NCBI GenBank assembly: GCA_009380045.1
Contig: WHSN01000005.1
Coordinates: 1 to 63,364, forward strand
DNA length: 63,364 bases
From: Luteitalea sp.
GTDB taxonomy: Bacteria; Acidobacteriota; Vicinamibacteria; Vicinamibacterales; CAVVIG01
Direction: 5' to 3'
This document shows positions 1-8,940 of the stretch, piece after piece (within the stretch, counting starts at the first letter, position 1; each line of letters begins with the position of its first letter). Below the pieces are notes generated by a model, which saw only the letters and a list, made by a program, of their open reading frames with translations, was not told the origin of the DNA and made no database searches. Position numbers and translations under genes: made by a program.

Positions 1-612
1 GTGCGTGACCATGCAGATCGTTGCGCCATTCAAGTACAGCTCGTGGAGCAACGCCATTACCTGCTCACCGCTCTTCGAATCGAGATTGCCGGTCGGTTCG
101 TCCGCCAGGAGGAGCACCGGTTCGCCGGCCACGGCGCGCGCGACGGCCACCCGCTGCTGTTGGCCGCCAGACAGCTGGCTGGGCAGGTGTTTGGCACGAT
201 GGGCCATGCCCACGCGTTCCAGCGCGGCGACCACGCGCGCGCGCCGCTCCGACGGGCGCATGCCGCGATAGGTGAGCGGGAGCTCCACGTTCTCGAAGAC
301 CGACAGATCGCCAATCAGATTGAAGCTCTGAAAGATGAAGCCGATTTCGCGGTTCCGGACCTTCGCGCGTTCCGACGCGCTCAGCTCCGTCACGGGCCGG
401 CCATTGAGCCAGTACGACCCGCCCGTCGCCGTATCGAGCAGTCCGACGATCGAGAGCAGTGTGGACTTGCCGCATCCCGATGGCCCGCCGATCGAGACGT
501 ACTCGCCTCGCTGAATCTCGACGGATATCTCAGACAGGGCATGGGTTTCGACTTCGTCGGTGGCAAAGATCTTCGTCACGTTCTCGAGTTTGATGACGGG
601 CGGTGGATGCAT
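1..612 (-). CDS. ABC transporter ATP-binding protein (MacB/LolD-type ATPase); C-terminal end runs off the window
   Basis: Own minus-strand translation from ATG at 612: [14 protein letters not shown]...[11 protein letters not shown] (Walker A)...[14 protein letters not shown] (ABC signature)...[12 protein letters not shown] (Walker B). It is absent from the ORF track because no stop lies in the window. The listed 1..759 + ORF is its antisense shadow. Confidence 0.9.
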   Translation of the reverse strand, partial: MHPPPVIKLENVTKIFATDEVETHALSEISVEIQRGEYVSIGGPSGCGKSTLLSIVGLLDTATGGSYWLNGRPVTELSASERAKVRNREIGFIFQSFNLIGDLSVFENVELPLTYRGMRPSERRARVVAALERVGMAHRAKHLPSQLSGGQQQRVAVARAVAGEPVLLLADEPTGNLDSKSGEQVMALLHELYLNGATICMVTH

Positions 613-624
613 CAGCGTCTGCTC

Positions 625-1876
625 CTACTGAAGCCGAATCCGATCGAATTGATCCCAGGTGGACATGTCCGACAGGACCACCTGGTCTCCGACAACCAAT
701 CCGGACAGCACTTCGACGGTGTTCACCGAGCTTCGTCCGAGCGTGGCTTGGACGCGTGAGGCCTCGCCATTCGCGTGGATCTTGAACAGGCCGACGGCCG
801 CCTGCTCCTGGCCGAACGCCGGTCGCCCAACGAACAGCACATCGTCCAGCCGCTCCAGCTCGATGGTACCGTCCACGCTCAAGTCGGGCCGGGCGCCCTT
901 TGGCAGCGCGCCGTCTAACGCGACATCCACGGTGACGGTGCCATTCTGGACTGACGGATCGATGCGAACCACTCGGCCCGTCGTGAAACCGTTCCGTGTG
1001 TCGATGGACGCCACCTGCCCGACCTGAATGTCCTTCGCCTGGGTTTCCGCGATCTTGAGCTCCGCCTGCAACCGCGTCGGATCGGCGACCCGGGCCAGGT
1101 TCGCTCCGGGCGCAACCTGCTGGCCGACCTCAACCGGCACCACCTGTAACACGCCCGCGACGCCGGCCCGTACACGTAGCTCGTCCACCTGACGACGTTT
1201 GAGCTGGACGATGGCGTGGACCTGATCGAGCTCCGCCTGCTGGACGGCGATGCGGCCCGCCATGGAATCGATGTGACTCTGGAGCTGCTTCTTGGCCAGC
1301 GCCAACCGGGCAGCCAGTTGCTGCGCGTCCAGCTTCGACTGCTGGAGCGTGATGTCCGCCAGCAGCGCCCGTTCCGCGAGTTGCTGGTTCACCGTGGCTT
1401 GGAGCGCCGCCTTCTGATAGTCGGATTCCATGGCCAGGGTCGCCGCTTCCTGCTGGAGATACTCCTTCTGCAACTGGAGCCGCACATTGGCCAACCCGGC
1501 CTCTGCGGCCTTCACCCGCAACACCGCATCCTGGAACTCCAGGTCCAACGCCGGGTTGCTCAACTCCACGATCACGCTCTCGGGCGTGACCGCGGTGCCC
1601 GGCCGAAGCACGACCCGCTCCACCCGTCCCATCGTCGTCGCCGGAATCCAGCGTGTCTCTTGGGGCACCAGGGTCCCGAGGCCGCGCACCTGCCGCACCA
1701 TCGGACCCCGCTTGACCGTGTTCGATCCAGAGCGTCGCGCGATCGACGCTCGGCGCGGCTGGCTCCAACCGTGAGATCCCGGCGGTCACCAGGAGCAGCG
1801 CGGCCACGATTCCACTCCCGTACACGAAACGACGGCGACGTTTCTTCCTCGCGACATCCGGACGCGCAATGTCCAT
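625..1876 (-). pseudogene. HlyD/MacA-family periplasmic adaptor subunit, interrupted by a 1-nt frameshift
   Basis: ORF 625..1701 has the coiled-coil and beta-barrel parts (..VRIDPSVQNGTVTVDV..). The N-terminal membrane anchor MDIARPDVARKKRRRRFVYGSGIVAALLLVTAGISRLEPAAPSVDRATLWI lies in another frame (ORF 1130..1876). Deleting one A in minus-strand ATCGA[A]CACGGTCAAG (about 1721-1722) restores WIDTVKRGPMVRQVRGLGTLVP. Confidence 0.8.
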
Positions 1877-2522
1877 CTATAGCTTTCCCATATGACACTG
1901 CCACAGGGCCGGCTGGAATACAACAGATTTCCTATTGCCACTCCATACGAGCCGTGATCGCCTCGCGTAGCCGCCGACACATGAGCTCATCCCTCTTCCG
2001 AAGTTCCCTGCGGCACCACTCGACTGATGGTCCTCACAACGCTGGAGACGCTTGGACCTCGGAACGGCTATTGGGCTGGGCAGGTCGATTTGAATCTCGG
2101 ACGTCGATCACCTCGTCCGGTTCGACCAGGGACTATCCCGGCTCCTGTCGAAGCGCAAGGTCGGAGTCGGTAGTCGGTGTATGTGACCGCCCAGCGCCCT
2201 TCAGGTGTACTGCTGCAACTTCTTCCAGTTCTCGTCGCGCCGCTCGAGTACACGGAACATCAGCGCGTCGAGATCGGACTGCGCTTAAGGCATGGCGGCA
2301 AGGACAGCGGCAAGGCCGACCGCGACAATGAGAAGGCGCTGCAGAGCAGCTCCGGCAGATGATTCGCTACCCTCTATTGCGAGCGAGGGTGACCACAGGG
2401 TGCGAGACAGGCGGGACACCACGCCCGGTGAGGCACCCACGCCCTTGCGGCGACGGAAACGTGAGATCCGGGCGTCGCCCTGCACCCTCCTGCCCTCGCG
2501 GCACGTATCTTATTCAGCAGGC

Positions 2523-3077
2523 ATGATCCCGGCGGCCCAGGTTTTGTCAGCGGACCACGACGATACGCTCGCATTGGCGCGCGGCGGGGATGCCACCGCG
2601 TTTGCGGTTCTTGTCCGCCGCCACCAGGCGATGTTCTTCAGCCTCGCGCTGCACGTCCTGCGCAGCCGAGCGGCCGCCGAGGATCTGGCGCAGGACGTGT
2701 TTCTCGAGTTGTATCGAAACCTCTGGAACCTCGAGTCCACGGCGCATCTCGTCTCCTGGCTGCGCCGCGTCACGGGGCACCGCTGCATTGACGAGTTGCG
2801 ACGACTCCGGCACCGCTGGGAACTGCCGATGGACGAGGTGCCCGAGCGCGGGGCATCTGCTCGGCCGCGGGACCTGTTCCTCGAAGGACGGCTGCAACAA
2901 CTAGTCGCCAGGCTGCCACCACGGGCGCGAGTCGTCATGGTGCTGCGGTACCAGGAGGAGCTCGAGCCGTCGGAAATTGCAGACGCATTGCAGATGCCGG
3001 TGAACACGGTGAAGAGTCATCTTCGGCGGTCGCTGGCAGTGCTGCGCGCCGGTCTACTCAAGGTAGGGCAGCCATGA
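2523..3077 (+). CDS. ECF-type RNA polymerase sigma-70 factor
   Basis: Region 2 is DLAQDVFLELYRNL..WLRRVTGHRCIDELRR. Region 4 HTH is LPPRARVVMVLRYQEELEPSEIADALQMPVNTVKSHLRRS. Start taken at ATG 2523 (MIPAAQ); the upstream part of ORF 2292.. is Arg-rich and non-protein-like. Confidence 0.85.
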   Translation: MIPAAQVLSADHDDTLALARGGDATAFAVLVRRHQAMFFSLALHVLRSRAAAEDLAQDVFLELYRNLWNLESTAHLVSWLRRVTGHRCIDELRRLRHRWELPMDEVPERGASARPRDLFLEGRLQQLVARLPPRARVVMVLRYQEELEPSEIADALQMPVNTVKSHLRRSLAVLRAGLLKVGQP

Positions 3078-3427
3078 ATCTCGACCACGACCTGCGCCGT
3101 GCGTTTACACGCAAACCGGCGCCGCCCGGTCTCGCAGGTCGCGTGCTCGCGCGCCTCGAGCCGCGCGTCATCGTCCCTGCCGCCACCGCGTCTCTGTCCC
3201 CATCGCCGGATAGGCGTGCAGTGCGGTGGCTCGGGGCGGCGGCGGCGATCGCTGTCGTGGCGATCGGCGGCGAGCGGTACTACAGGCAACAGGAGACGGT
3301 GGCCGAGGCGGCACGCGTGCAACAAGCCGCGGCGGCACGCGTGCAGCACGATGTCAGGCTGGCGCTCCAGATCGCGGGCGAGAAGCTCGCGGTGGTGCAG
3401 CGCAGACTTCAGGAACCGAATAGGTAG
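3074..3427 (+). CDS. putative anti-sigma factor (single-pass membrane protein)
   Basis: Its start overlaps the sigma gene stop by 4 nt (ATGA). 117 aa with one hydrophobic segment, WLGAAAAIAVVAIGG. The call rests on position; no HxxxCxxC zinc motif is seen. Confidence 0.5.
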   Translation: MNLDHDLRRAFTRKPAPPGLAGRVLARLEPRVIVPAATASLSPSPDRRAVRWLGAAAAIAVVAIGGERYYRQQETVAEAARVQQAAAARVQHDVRLALQIAGEKLAVVQRRLQEPNR

Positions 3428-3437
3428 TGGGGCATCC

Positions 3438-3986
3438 ATGAAGATCACGATAGCAATGTGGCTATGTTTGCTGGTCGGTCCGGCGAGCGCGCTCGCCCAG
3501 GGCGCGCGCCTGCAGCTCGACCACCTCGATCGGCTGGCCAGCGAGGCCGCGCAATCGGTCAACATCGCGATCGACCCCGCGATGCTGAAACTGGCCAGCG
3601 CGTTTCTCAAGGCGGAGGGCGAGCAGGCGGCCCTCAAGGCGATGCTGGCCGAGGTCAAGGGCATCTATGTCCGGAGTCTCGAATTCGAGCGCCAGAACGC
3701 CTATACCTCGGACGATGTCAATCGCGTTCGCGAGCAGTTGACGGCTCCCGGGTGGGCGAGACTGGTGACCGTCGACAGCAAGCGTGACGGCGAGCTGGTG
3801 GAGATTTACAGTTGGCGGCAGGGCACTGAATCAGGCGGCCTTGCCATCCTGGTTGTAGAACCCATGGAACTGACCGTTGTGAACATTGTCGGGCCGCTCG
3901 ACCTGACGAAACTCGCATTGCTCCAGGGCAATTTCGGTATCCCCCGCTTGCCAGTGGACGCTCCTCCGGCGGGCCGCGAGGACTGA
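3438..3986 (+). CDS. DUF4252-like exported protein
   Basis: Signal peptide MKITIAMWLCLLVGPASALA. The body (LDHLDRLASEAAQSVNIAIDPAMLKLA..GIYVRSLEF..ILVVEPMELTVVNIVGPLDL) resembles DUF4252 proteins that commonly follow ECF/anti-sigma pairs. Confidence 0.65.
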   Translation: MKITIAMWLCLLVGPASALAQGARLQLDHLDRLASEAAQSVNIAIDPAMLKLASAFLKAEGEQAALKAMLAEVKGIYVRSLEFERQNAYTSDDVNRVREQLTAPGWARLVTVDSKRDGELVEIYSWRQGTESGGLAILVVEPMELTVVNIVGPLDLTKLALLQGNFGIPRLPVDAPPAGRED

Positions 3987-4245
3987 TTCGCCGCCTGGCC
4001 GAACGATCGGGCGATCGAACGGTTAACAGTCATCGATAGCGGCGCAACGCAGGCACGCGACTTAGAGCCGTGGCCTGAGGTGCTCACGAACAAGCGCCGA
4101 AGGGGGGAATCAGTGTTTCAGCGGAAGACTCAAGGGCGTCGCAAGTCTTCGACCGCCGTCGCTCGAGCGCCGCGACATCCGCCAACTTCAGGTCGATAAA
4201 ACGCGAAGGATGAAGGAGGATTGGTAGCCAATCGAGGTCACGCGA

Positions 4246-5022
4246 ATGTTCATGGTCTTCGAGGACCGAGGGTCAGATTCACCGTTTGTTGAACGGGTGT
4301 GGCGCTGCCACAGCGAGCGGGCCGGCACCTTCGTGTCGGTGGCGGCGAGCCACCTCGAGATGGTCGTCACGCGGCACAGCGGCAGGACGTTTCTGACGCT
4401 GCGAGGCCCGGAAACCAGAGCGACGCCGGCCGATTGCCCGGCAGAGGGCGAGTGGCTGGCTCTCCGCTTCAAGCTGGGCACGTTCTTCCCAATGCACCCC
4501 GCCAGCGCCATCATCGATCGAAAGGACGAGGCCCTGGCGAGTGCGTCGAGTCGAATGTTCTGGCTGGATGGAACCCGGTGGGAATACCCTGACTTCGACA
4601 ACGCGGACACGTTCGTCGCCCGGCTCGTGCGTCATGGTGTGATTGCGCGTGACGGCAGCGTCGAAGCGGCGCTCCAGGGCGATCACCAGGCTCTGTCGCG
4701 GCGATCGGCGCAGCGGCACTTCCTGCAGGCGACGGGCATGACCCACGGCACGTATCGTCAGATCGAGCGCGCCCGCCACGCGACGAACCTGCTGAGGCAA
4801 GGCGTCTCCATTCTCGACACTGTCCACGAAGCGGGCTACTTCGATCAGCCGCACCTGACGCGTTCGCTCAAGCATCTGATCGGACAGACGCCCGCACGCA
4901 TCCTTTGCGGTGATGAGCAGTTGTCGTTTCTGTACAAAACAGACACCGGCCGATTCGCCTATGATCGCGCTTGGTTCCCTGACGATGAACGCATCAGCGC
5001 GGATCACGCATTACATCGGTGA
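4246..5022 (+). CDS. AraC family transcriptional regulator
   Basis: C-terminal double HTH: RSAQRHFLQATGMTHGTYRQIERARHATNLLRQGVSILDTVHEAGYFDQPHLTRSLKHLIGQTP. Confidence 0.85.
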   Translation: MFMVFEDRGSDSPFVERVWRCHSERAGTFVSVAASHLEMVVTRHSGRTFLTLRGPETRATPADCPAEGEWLALRFKLGTFFPMHPASAIIDRKDEALASASSRMFWLDGTRWEYPDFDNADTFVARLVRHGVIARDGSVEAALQGDHQALSRRSAQRHFLQATGMTHGTYRQIERARHATNLLRQGVSILDTVHEAGYFDQPHLTRSLKHLIGQTPARILCGDEQLSFLYKTDTGRFAYDRAWFPDDERISADHALHR

Positions 5023-5216
5023 GCTGGCTGACTGGCGCGGCAAGACGCTCGCCCATCTGCGCAGGCTGGTTCTCGACGCCGCCCCGGAGCTGGTCGAACA
5101 ATGGAAATGGAACACGCCTGTCTGGTCGCGCCATCGACATCCACGAAGGCGAGGCGATCATGCACTCCCCATTGGAAGCCAACTCAACAGTTGTATTATC
5201 CTGCCTCATGCGTTAA
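4985..5216 (+). pseudogene. DUF1801 (YdhG-like) domain gene remnant with internal out-of-frame deletion
   Basis: N-terminal MNASARITHYIGELADWRGKTLAHLRRLVLDAAPELVEQWKWNTPVWS is typical DUF1801. At about 5127-5131 it joins, in a different frame, to RAIDIHEGEAI.., which is normally about 45 aa further on. The tail is low-GC and unrelated. Confidence 0.5.
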
Positions 5217-5265
5217 AGGTGGGCGCATGCGCGAGAGGGACGTGGTTCACCCATGAGGGCTGAGG

Positions 5266-5457
5266 ATGACTGAGATACTGGCGCTGATCACGAGTCGGCA
5301 GCCGTGGCAATCGAAGTGGTTTCTGGGCGCGCTGATCTTGGGCGTGACGAGCTTCCTTGTACCGTTCGGCACTCTCCCCGACATGATATTCGCCGCCGTC
5401 ACGCTGCTGGTCGCGTATGCGGCGGGATACCGCGACGGGCAGCGACACGCCCCGTAG
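5266..5457 (+). CDS. hypothetical small membrane protein
   Basis: 63-aa ORF with two hydrophobic stretches (WFLGALILGVTSFLVPF, MIFAAVTLLVAYAA). I recognise no homology. Confidence 0.35.
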   Translation: MTEILALITSRQPWQSKWFLGALILGVTSFLVPFGTLPDMIFAAVTLLVAYAAGYRDGQRHAP

Positions 5458-5482
5458 CGAATCCTTGGTGCTACAATCCCGC

Positions 5483-5518
5483 GTCCCGTCTCAAGGAGCG
5501 GTCCCGTCCCAAGGAGCG
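5483..5518. repeat. tandem 18-bp duplication (GTCCCGTCTCAAGGAGCG / GTCCCGTCCCAAGGAGCG)
   Basis: Read directly. Two adjacent 18-mers differ at one base. Intergenic, about 65 nt upstream of the 5584 gene. Confidence 0.9.
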
Positions 5519-5583
5519 CGAGCCATGCGACAGGCAGGCCGTTGTCAGCCACCGCGGTTTGAGTCGGCATTCAGGAGGCATCC

Positions 5584-5889
5584 ATGATCGTCATCCGCAA
5601 TGTGTTCCAGTTGAAGTTCGGGAAAGCACGAGAGGCCGTTGCTCTCATGAGAGAGGGGTTGGCGATCCAAAAACGGGCAATCCCGGATGTGGCCTTTTCC
5701 ACACGCGTCCTGACGGACGTCACGGGCCCGTTTTACACGATGGTGCTCGAACTGACGGTGGCGAATCTGGCGACCTTCGAAAGCTACGCCCCTCGCCTTT
5801 TCGGGGACAAGGACTGGCAGGCGAACTACCAGAAACTGGGGCTGCTGGTGGAATCCGGCCACCGCGAGATCTTCACCATCGTGGAGTGA
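5584..5889 (+). CDS. hypothetical protein, NIPSNAP/dimeric alpha-beta-barrel-like
   Basis: 101-aa ORF preceded by GGAGG. Protein-like composition (MIVIRNVFQLKFGKAREAVALMREG..YTMVLELTVANLATFESY..). The family assignment is by eye only. Confidence 0.55.
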   Translation: MIVIRNVFQLKFGKAREAVALMREGLAIQKRAIPDVAFSTRVLTDVTGPFYTMVLELTVANLATFESYAPRLFGDKDWQANYQKLGLLVESGHREIFTIVE

Positions 5890-6078
5890 GCGGCCTGCCC
5901 CACTCCGCGGTGCGGAAGACAACCCCCGGGCGGTGCGAAGAACCGGCCGGGGTACATGTTCGTCATCGTCTTGCTGCCACCTCGGCCGCCGGCGCATCGT
6001 GTCAACATCACGGATCGTCTTGAGCGCACGCACATCGACCTCGTACGCCGCACCTTGAGCAACGGAGAGGAGTCAGCG

Positions 6079-7101
6079 TTGGAATCGAGCACACCCGCCC
6101 GAATCATGGAAGTTGGAATGGCATTCTGGCCGGCCAAGACCCTGCTCTCGGCCGTGGAGCTCGGGTTGTTCACCCGTGTCGGAGGCGGCGCGATGACGGG
6201 GGCAGAGCTCCAGGATGCCCTGGGACTACATCGCCGGGCGAATCCCGATTTATTCGACACCCTCGTGGCGCTGCGTTTCCTGGAGCGCGACGGTGACGGC
6301 CCAGATGCGCGGTATCGCAACACTCCGGAAACGGCGGCGTTTCTCGACCAGAGCAGTCCCCAGTATATGGGCGGCTTCCTCGAAATGGCGAACGCGCGGC
6401 TCTATCCCTTCTGGGGCGATCTCACGGAGGCGCTTCGGACCGGCAGGCCGCAAAACGAAACCAAGCATGGTGGAGCGTCGGTGTTCCAGGAGCTGTACAG
6501 CAAGCCGGAACGGCTCGAACAGTTCATGGCAGCCATGGCGGGAATTTCGGCGGGCAACTTCCAGGCACTCGCCGCGAAGTTCGATTTCTCCCGCTACAAG
6601 ACCTTGTGCGACGTGGGTGGCGCCAACGGCCTGTTGTCAATCCTGGTCGCGAAGGCGCATTCGCACATGCGCTGCATCTCCGCGGACCTTCCGGCCGCCA
6701 CGGCCATCGCCGAGCGCAAGATCGCATCCGCTGGTATCGGTGACCGCGTATCGGCCCATGCGCTGGATTTCTTCGCCGATCCGCTGCCAAAGGCTGACGT
6801 CATCACGATGGGCATGATCCTCCACGACTGGAACCTCGAGAAAAAGATGCAGCTCGTGAAGGCGGCCTACGACGCCCTTCCCCCGGGCGGCGCGTTCGTG
6901 GTCGTCGAGAACATCATCGATGATGCCCGGCGCGAAAACGCCTTCGGCCTCATGATGTCGCTGAACATGCTGGTCGAGTTCGGCGAGGCGTTCGACTTCA
7001 CAGGCGCCGATTTCGGCAACTGGTGCAGAGCCGTGGGCTTCCGCAGTACGGAAGTCCTCCACCTGGCAGGGCCCGCGAGTGCGGGGATCGCGTACAGGTA
7101 A
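6079..7101 (+). CDS. class I SAM-dependent O-methyltransferase (Methyltransf_2 / CrtF-like family)
   Basis: N-terminal dimerisation-type region (FWPAKTLLSAVELGLF). SAM motif I is LCDVGGANG, followed by MILHDWNLEKKMQLVKAAYDALPPGGAFVVVE. Start set at TTG 6079, which has a GGAGAGGAG upstream; the ORF is open from 5956. Confidence 0.85.
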   Translation: MESSTPARIMEVGMAFWPAKTLLSAVELGLFTRVGGGAMTGAELQDALGLHRRANPDLFDTLVALRFLERDGDGPDARYRNTPETAAFLDQSSPQYMGGFLEMANARLYPFWGDLTEALRTGRPQNETKHGGASVFQELYSKPERLEQFMAAMAGISAGNFQALAAKFDFSRYKTLCDVGGANGLLSILVAKAHSHMRCISADLPAATAIAERKIASAGIGDRVSAHALDFFADPLPKADVITMGMILHDWNLEKKMQLVKAAYDALPPGGAFVVVENIIDDARRENAFGLMMSLNMLVEFGEAFDFTGADFGNWCRAVGFRSTEVLHLAGPASAGIAYR

Positions 7102-7357
7102 CGCGTCGATACCTTCGTCCTGCGACAGCGTTGAACCACGCTGCCCGGGCCGCCTTCGAGCAGGATGGGTCTCCCGAGCCATCATGGATTCCTGCGCCAT
7201 ACTGTGCCGTTTTGCACAGCGGGGCCCGGCCCGCCAGGGTATAAAACGCACCATCGTACGCTTGTGATCGGTGCGTGGCGGGCCACTTGGGAGCCGGCCC
7301 GCCGGCGCAAGAACCCGGTCGAGACCGTCCTCTGTCATCTTCCGGAATCGAGGATTC

Positions 7358-8197
7358 ATGAATCGCCGACGACACGACCTTCTCAGCCATCCGGGCCGCC
7401 GACGGAGCGATCGTCGCCCCCCCGCCGCCGACCACCGCCGCGTGCTGCTGGTAGGACCGGACGAAGCCTGGCGGCTCCTCGCCGCGTACGTGTTCGAAGA
7501 GGCGGGCTATGTGGCGTATGCCGCCGCCAACCGCCGGCAGGCGGTGGCGTTCAGCACCCGACTGCTGCCGGATGTCGTCGTGGTCCACGTGCAGGCGCTC
7601 GAGACGCTCGACCTGCTGGCCGCGCTGTCGGAGGCATCGACCACGCGTGACATCCCGGTGGTGGTCCTCACCTCGTCGCTCCAGTCGGCCGAGGCGCGCC
7701 GCATCCGCGCCGCCGGAGGCGTGACACTCCCGCCGCACACCGACGACGTCGGTGTGCTGGTCGACGAAGTGGACGGGCTGATCGCCGCCGCCCCTCGAGC
7801 GCAGCGGACGCTCAAACGTCGGCTTCTCGATCTTCAGGAGCTCGCACGGTACTACACACCGGACGCCGAAGGGCAGGCGCGTCTGCGCCGCCTGATCGAC
7901 CAGCTGCAGGTCGCCATATTTGCCGTCGACGAGGAGGGCCACTGCATCGCCGCCAGCGAGGGCGCGACCAAGCTGACCGGCTACTCCCGGTTGCAGCTGC
8001 TGACCACCTCCGTGTTCCAGGCAGGCTTCGCTGGTGGTCACGTGTCGGACGAAGGCTGGCGTGGCTTTCTTTCGAATCGGCAGTACGCCGGGACGACCAC
8101 GATCACCAATCGGGCCGGCGATGACATGACGGTTCACGCGGCCGCAGTCGCCGAGATCCTGCCCGGCTTTCATGTGGCGGCGTTTGCAGCCGCGTGA
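7358..8197 (+). CDS. pseudo-receiver domain / PAS domain protein
   Basis: The N-terminal CheY-like fold is degenerate: VLLVGPDE replaces the acidic DD pair, and PDVVVVHVQ has His where the phospho-Asp should be. VVVLTSS is retained and the KP motif is lost. C-terminal PAS-like region: LQVAIFAVDEEGHCIAASEGATKLTGYSRLQLL. Confidence 0.7.
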   Translation: MNRRRHDLLSHPGRRRSDRRPPAADHRRVLLVGPDEAWRLLAAYVFEEAGYVAYAAANRRQAVAFSTRLLPDVVVVHVQALETLDLLAALSEASTTRDIPVVVLTSSLQSAEARRIRAAGGVTLPPHTDDVGVLVDEVDGLIAAAPRAQRTLKRRLLDLQELARYYTPDAEGQARLRRLIDQLQVAIFAVDEEGHCIAASEGATKLTGYSRLQLLTTSVFQAGFAGGHVSDEGWRGFLSNRQYAGTTTITNRAGDDMTVHAAAVAEILPGFHVAAFAAA

Positions 8198-8259
8198 CCA
8201 TCGCCCGCATCTCGACGCCGTGGCCCAGTGTGCGGCGGTGGGGGTGACGCGAGAACCCG

Positions 8260-8940
8260 ATGAAGCCACGAGCCATGTCCAGCACCCGCGCGACGGTGCC
8301 GGCGTTCGACGCCAGGGCGTTTCTCGAATCTGCCGGAACCGACAGGTCGGTCGTGAAGTACGCGCGAGGCGACGCCATCTTCACGCAAGGAGACCCCTGC
8401 GACGGCGTGATGTACATCCGGGCCGGGTGCGTGAAACTGTCGGTGCTGTCGAAGCTGGGCCGAGAGGCCGTGGTGGCCGTGCTCGAGCCGGGGGAGTTCT
8501 TTGGTGAAGGTTGCCTGGCCGGGCAGCCGGTCCGCATGGGCAGCGCCACGGCGATTGCGCCCAGCGCGATCCTGCGTGTCGACAAAGACAAGATGGTCCG
8601 GCTGCTCCGCGAGCAACAATCGATGTCGGACCGCTTCATCGCGCACATCCTCGCGCGCAACATCCGCATTGAAGCGGATCTGATCGATCAGCTGTTCAAC
8701 TCGAGCGAGAAGCGGTTGGCGCGGGCGCTGTTGCTGCTGGCGCGCTACGGGAAGCAGGGCAAGCCGGTCCGCGAAGTGCCCAAGGTCTCCCAGACAACGC
8801 TCGCCGAGATGATCGGCACGACGCGCTCCCGGGTGAATTTCTTTCTGAACAAATTCAAGAAGGCAGGTTATATCGAGTATGACGACGAGCTCCGGCTCAA
8901 GATCAATCGTTCCCTGTTGAGCGTCGTGCTGCACGACTAG
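8260..8940 (+). CDS. Crp/Fnr family transcriptional regulator
   Basis: cNMP-binding fold (GDAIFTQGDPCDGVMYIRAGCVKLSV..GEFFGEGCL) plus C-terminal HTH (VSQTTLAEMIGTTRSRVNFFLNKFKKAGYIEY). Confidence 0.9.
   Translation: MKPRAMSSTRATVPAFDARAFLESAGTDRSVVKYARGDAIFTQGDPCDGVMYIRAGCVKLSVLSKLGREAVVAVLEPGEFFGEGCLAGQPVRMGSATAIAPSAILRVDKDKMVRLLREQQSMSDRFIAHILARNIRIEADLIDQLFNSSEKRLARALLLLARYGKQGKPVREVPKVSQTTLAEMIGTTRSRVNFFLNKFKKAGYIEYDDELRLKINRSLLSVVLHD

Noticed and set aside
1-759. 252-aa + strand ORF at the window start
   Set aside because: It is the antisense shadow of the minus-strand ABC ATPase. Walker A, the signature motif and Walker B all read cleanly on the minus strand, and the + product is Arg/His-rich nonsense.
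1877-2522. Possible small membrane protein or remnant in the 640-bp divergent spacer between the HlyD gene and the ECF sigma gene (minus-strand ..LLIVAVGLAAVLAAMP stop, then ..SDLDALMFRVLERRDENWKKLQQYT)
   Set aside because: The two pieces are separated by a stop, neither has a credible start or family match, and the GC3 signal is weak. It is left unannotated.
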